Below, piece by piece: positions 37,168 through 37,318 of a stretch of 37,318 nucleotides of DNA (positions are counted from its first letter, which is position 1; each line of letters starts with the position of its first letter). The notes under the pieces are model-generated. The model did no database searches and was not told the DNA's origin. It saw nothing but the letters and a program-made list of their open reading frames with translations. The DNA comes from a virus. The DNA is taken from the IMG/VR virus record IMGVR_UViG_3300028584_000261, positions 1 through 37,318 of that record. One strand, 5' to 3'. The translations under genes were made by a program, and so were the position numbers.

Positions 37168-37297
37168 CATACACCGTTAAGCATAGCGGCAATTCTACAG
37201 CCTGCATTCATACACCGCAACGCATTTATCATGCAACATACACCTTTGCGCAAAGTACATAAATGCGTCAAGGTGTATATATGTGCAAAGGTGTATG
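37168..37297. repeat. Subtelomeric octamer array overlapping the telN leader/promoter
   Basis: CATACACC at 37168-37175, 37209-37216 and 37237-37244 (+). GGTGTATA/GGTGTATG at 37272-37279 and 37290-37297 (-). Confidence 0.8.
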
Positions 37298-37318
37298 CAC
37301 CCTATGCGCCTTATATAC
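37282..37318. repeat. Right terminal inverted repeat (telR half)
   Basis: TGTGCAAAGGTGTATGCACCCTATGCGCCTTATATAC is the exact reverse complement of 1-37. The joined ends give a 74-bp palindrome with a TATATAC|GTATATA core. Confidence 0.9.

Larger units (their letters stand above)
1..37318. mobile_element. Complete linear plasmid-prophage (telomere phage) genome, N15/phiKO2/phiHAP-1/VP882-type lifestyle
   Basis: Perfect 37-bp inverted repeat at both window ends. Protelomerase gene abuts the right end. ParA partition, giant RepA primase-helicase and CI-type repressor are present. No integrase or excisionase. Complete lysis, packaging, head and contractile-tail modules. Confidence 0.85.

Noticed and set aside
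1-37318. Search for integrase, transposase, IS elements, CRISPR arrays, rRNA/tRNA, toxin-antitoxin pairs or known defence-system hallmarks
   Set aside because: Nothing recognisable was seen by eye. The only tyrosine-recombinase-like protein is the protelomerase. A remote-homology search would be needed to exclude cryptic TA or defence genes among the small hypothetical ORFs.

Overview
The window starts and ends with a perfect 37-bp inverted repeat. It appears to be the complete 37.3-kb genome of a linear, hairpin-ended plasmid-prophage ('telomere phage', as in N15, phiKO2, phiHAP-1 and VP882) from a GC-rich proteobacterium. Layout, left to right: (1) telL and a non-coding subtelomeric region; (2) a plus-strand, presumably lysogeny-expressed operon at 0.4-4.0 kb, with small ParA, an RHH ParG-like partner, small ORFs, an orphan C5-cytosine methyltransferase, a wHTH protein, a zinc-finger peptide and a terminator-insulated membrane protein; (3) one long minus-strand late operon from 27.3 to 4.1 kb, with holin, SAR-type GH24 endolysin, Rz with embedded Rz1, a cos region, lambda-like Nu1/A terminase, lambda-type portal, a prohead-protease/HK97-capsid fusion, lambda-like W/FII/Z/U connector proteins and a P2-like contractile tail that includes a T-TTT-TTG frameshift chaperone; (4) a minus-strand early operon from 30.3 to 27.5 kb, with a TraR/DksA zinc finger, a phage-82-Q-like antiterminator and a Lar-like protein; (5) a divergent lambda-CI-like repressor; (6) a 1284-aa RepA primase-helicase; (7) a small ORF; (8) protelomerase; (9) telR. 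There is no integrase, tRNA, rRNA, CRISPR array or IS element. The most interesting signals: (a) The CI repressor has the S24 nucleophile Ser replaced by Thr and the Ala-Gly self-cleavage site replaced by Ala-Ala. A LexA-box-like operator (CTG-N10-CAG, 15/20 to consensus) sits in front of an orphan 84-codon ORF in the repA-telN slot, where VP882-type phages keep antirepressor modules. Together these suggest a LexA -> small antirepressor -> CI induction circuit. (b) Clusters of an 8-bp-phased CTTTTGNNC repeat family occur in the AT-rich intergenic islands at the parA promoter, upstream of terS/cos, at the late promoter and at the repA start. These may be a dispersed centromere/regulon for the type Ib ParA/RHH pair. 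(c) CATACACC octamer arrays flank both telomeres and run into the telN leader. All functional calls rest on motif and family recognition by eye plus gene order. No searches were run.
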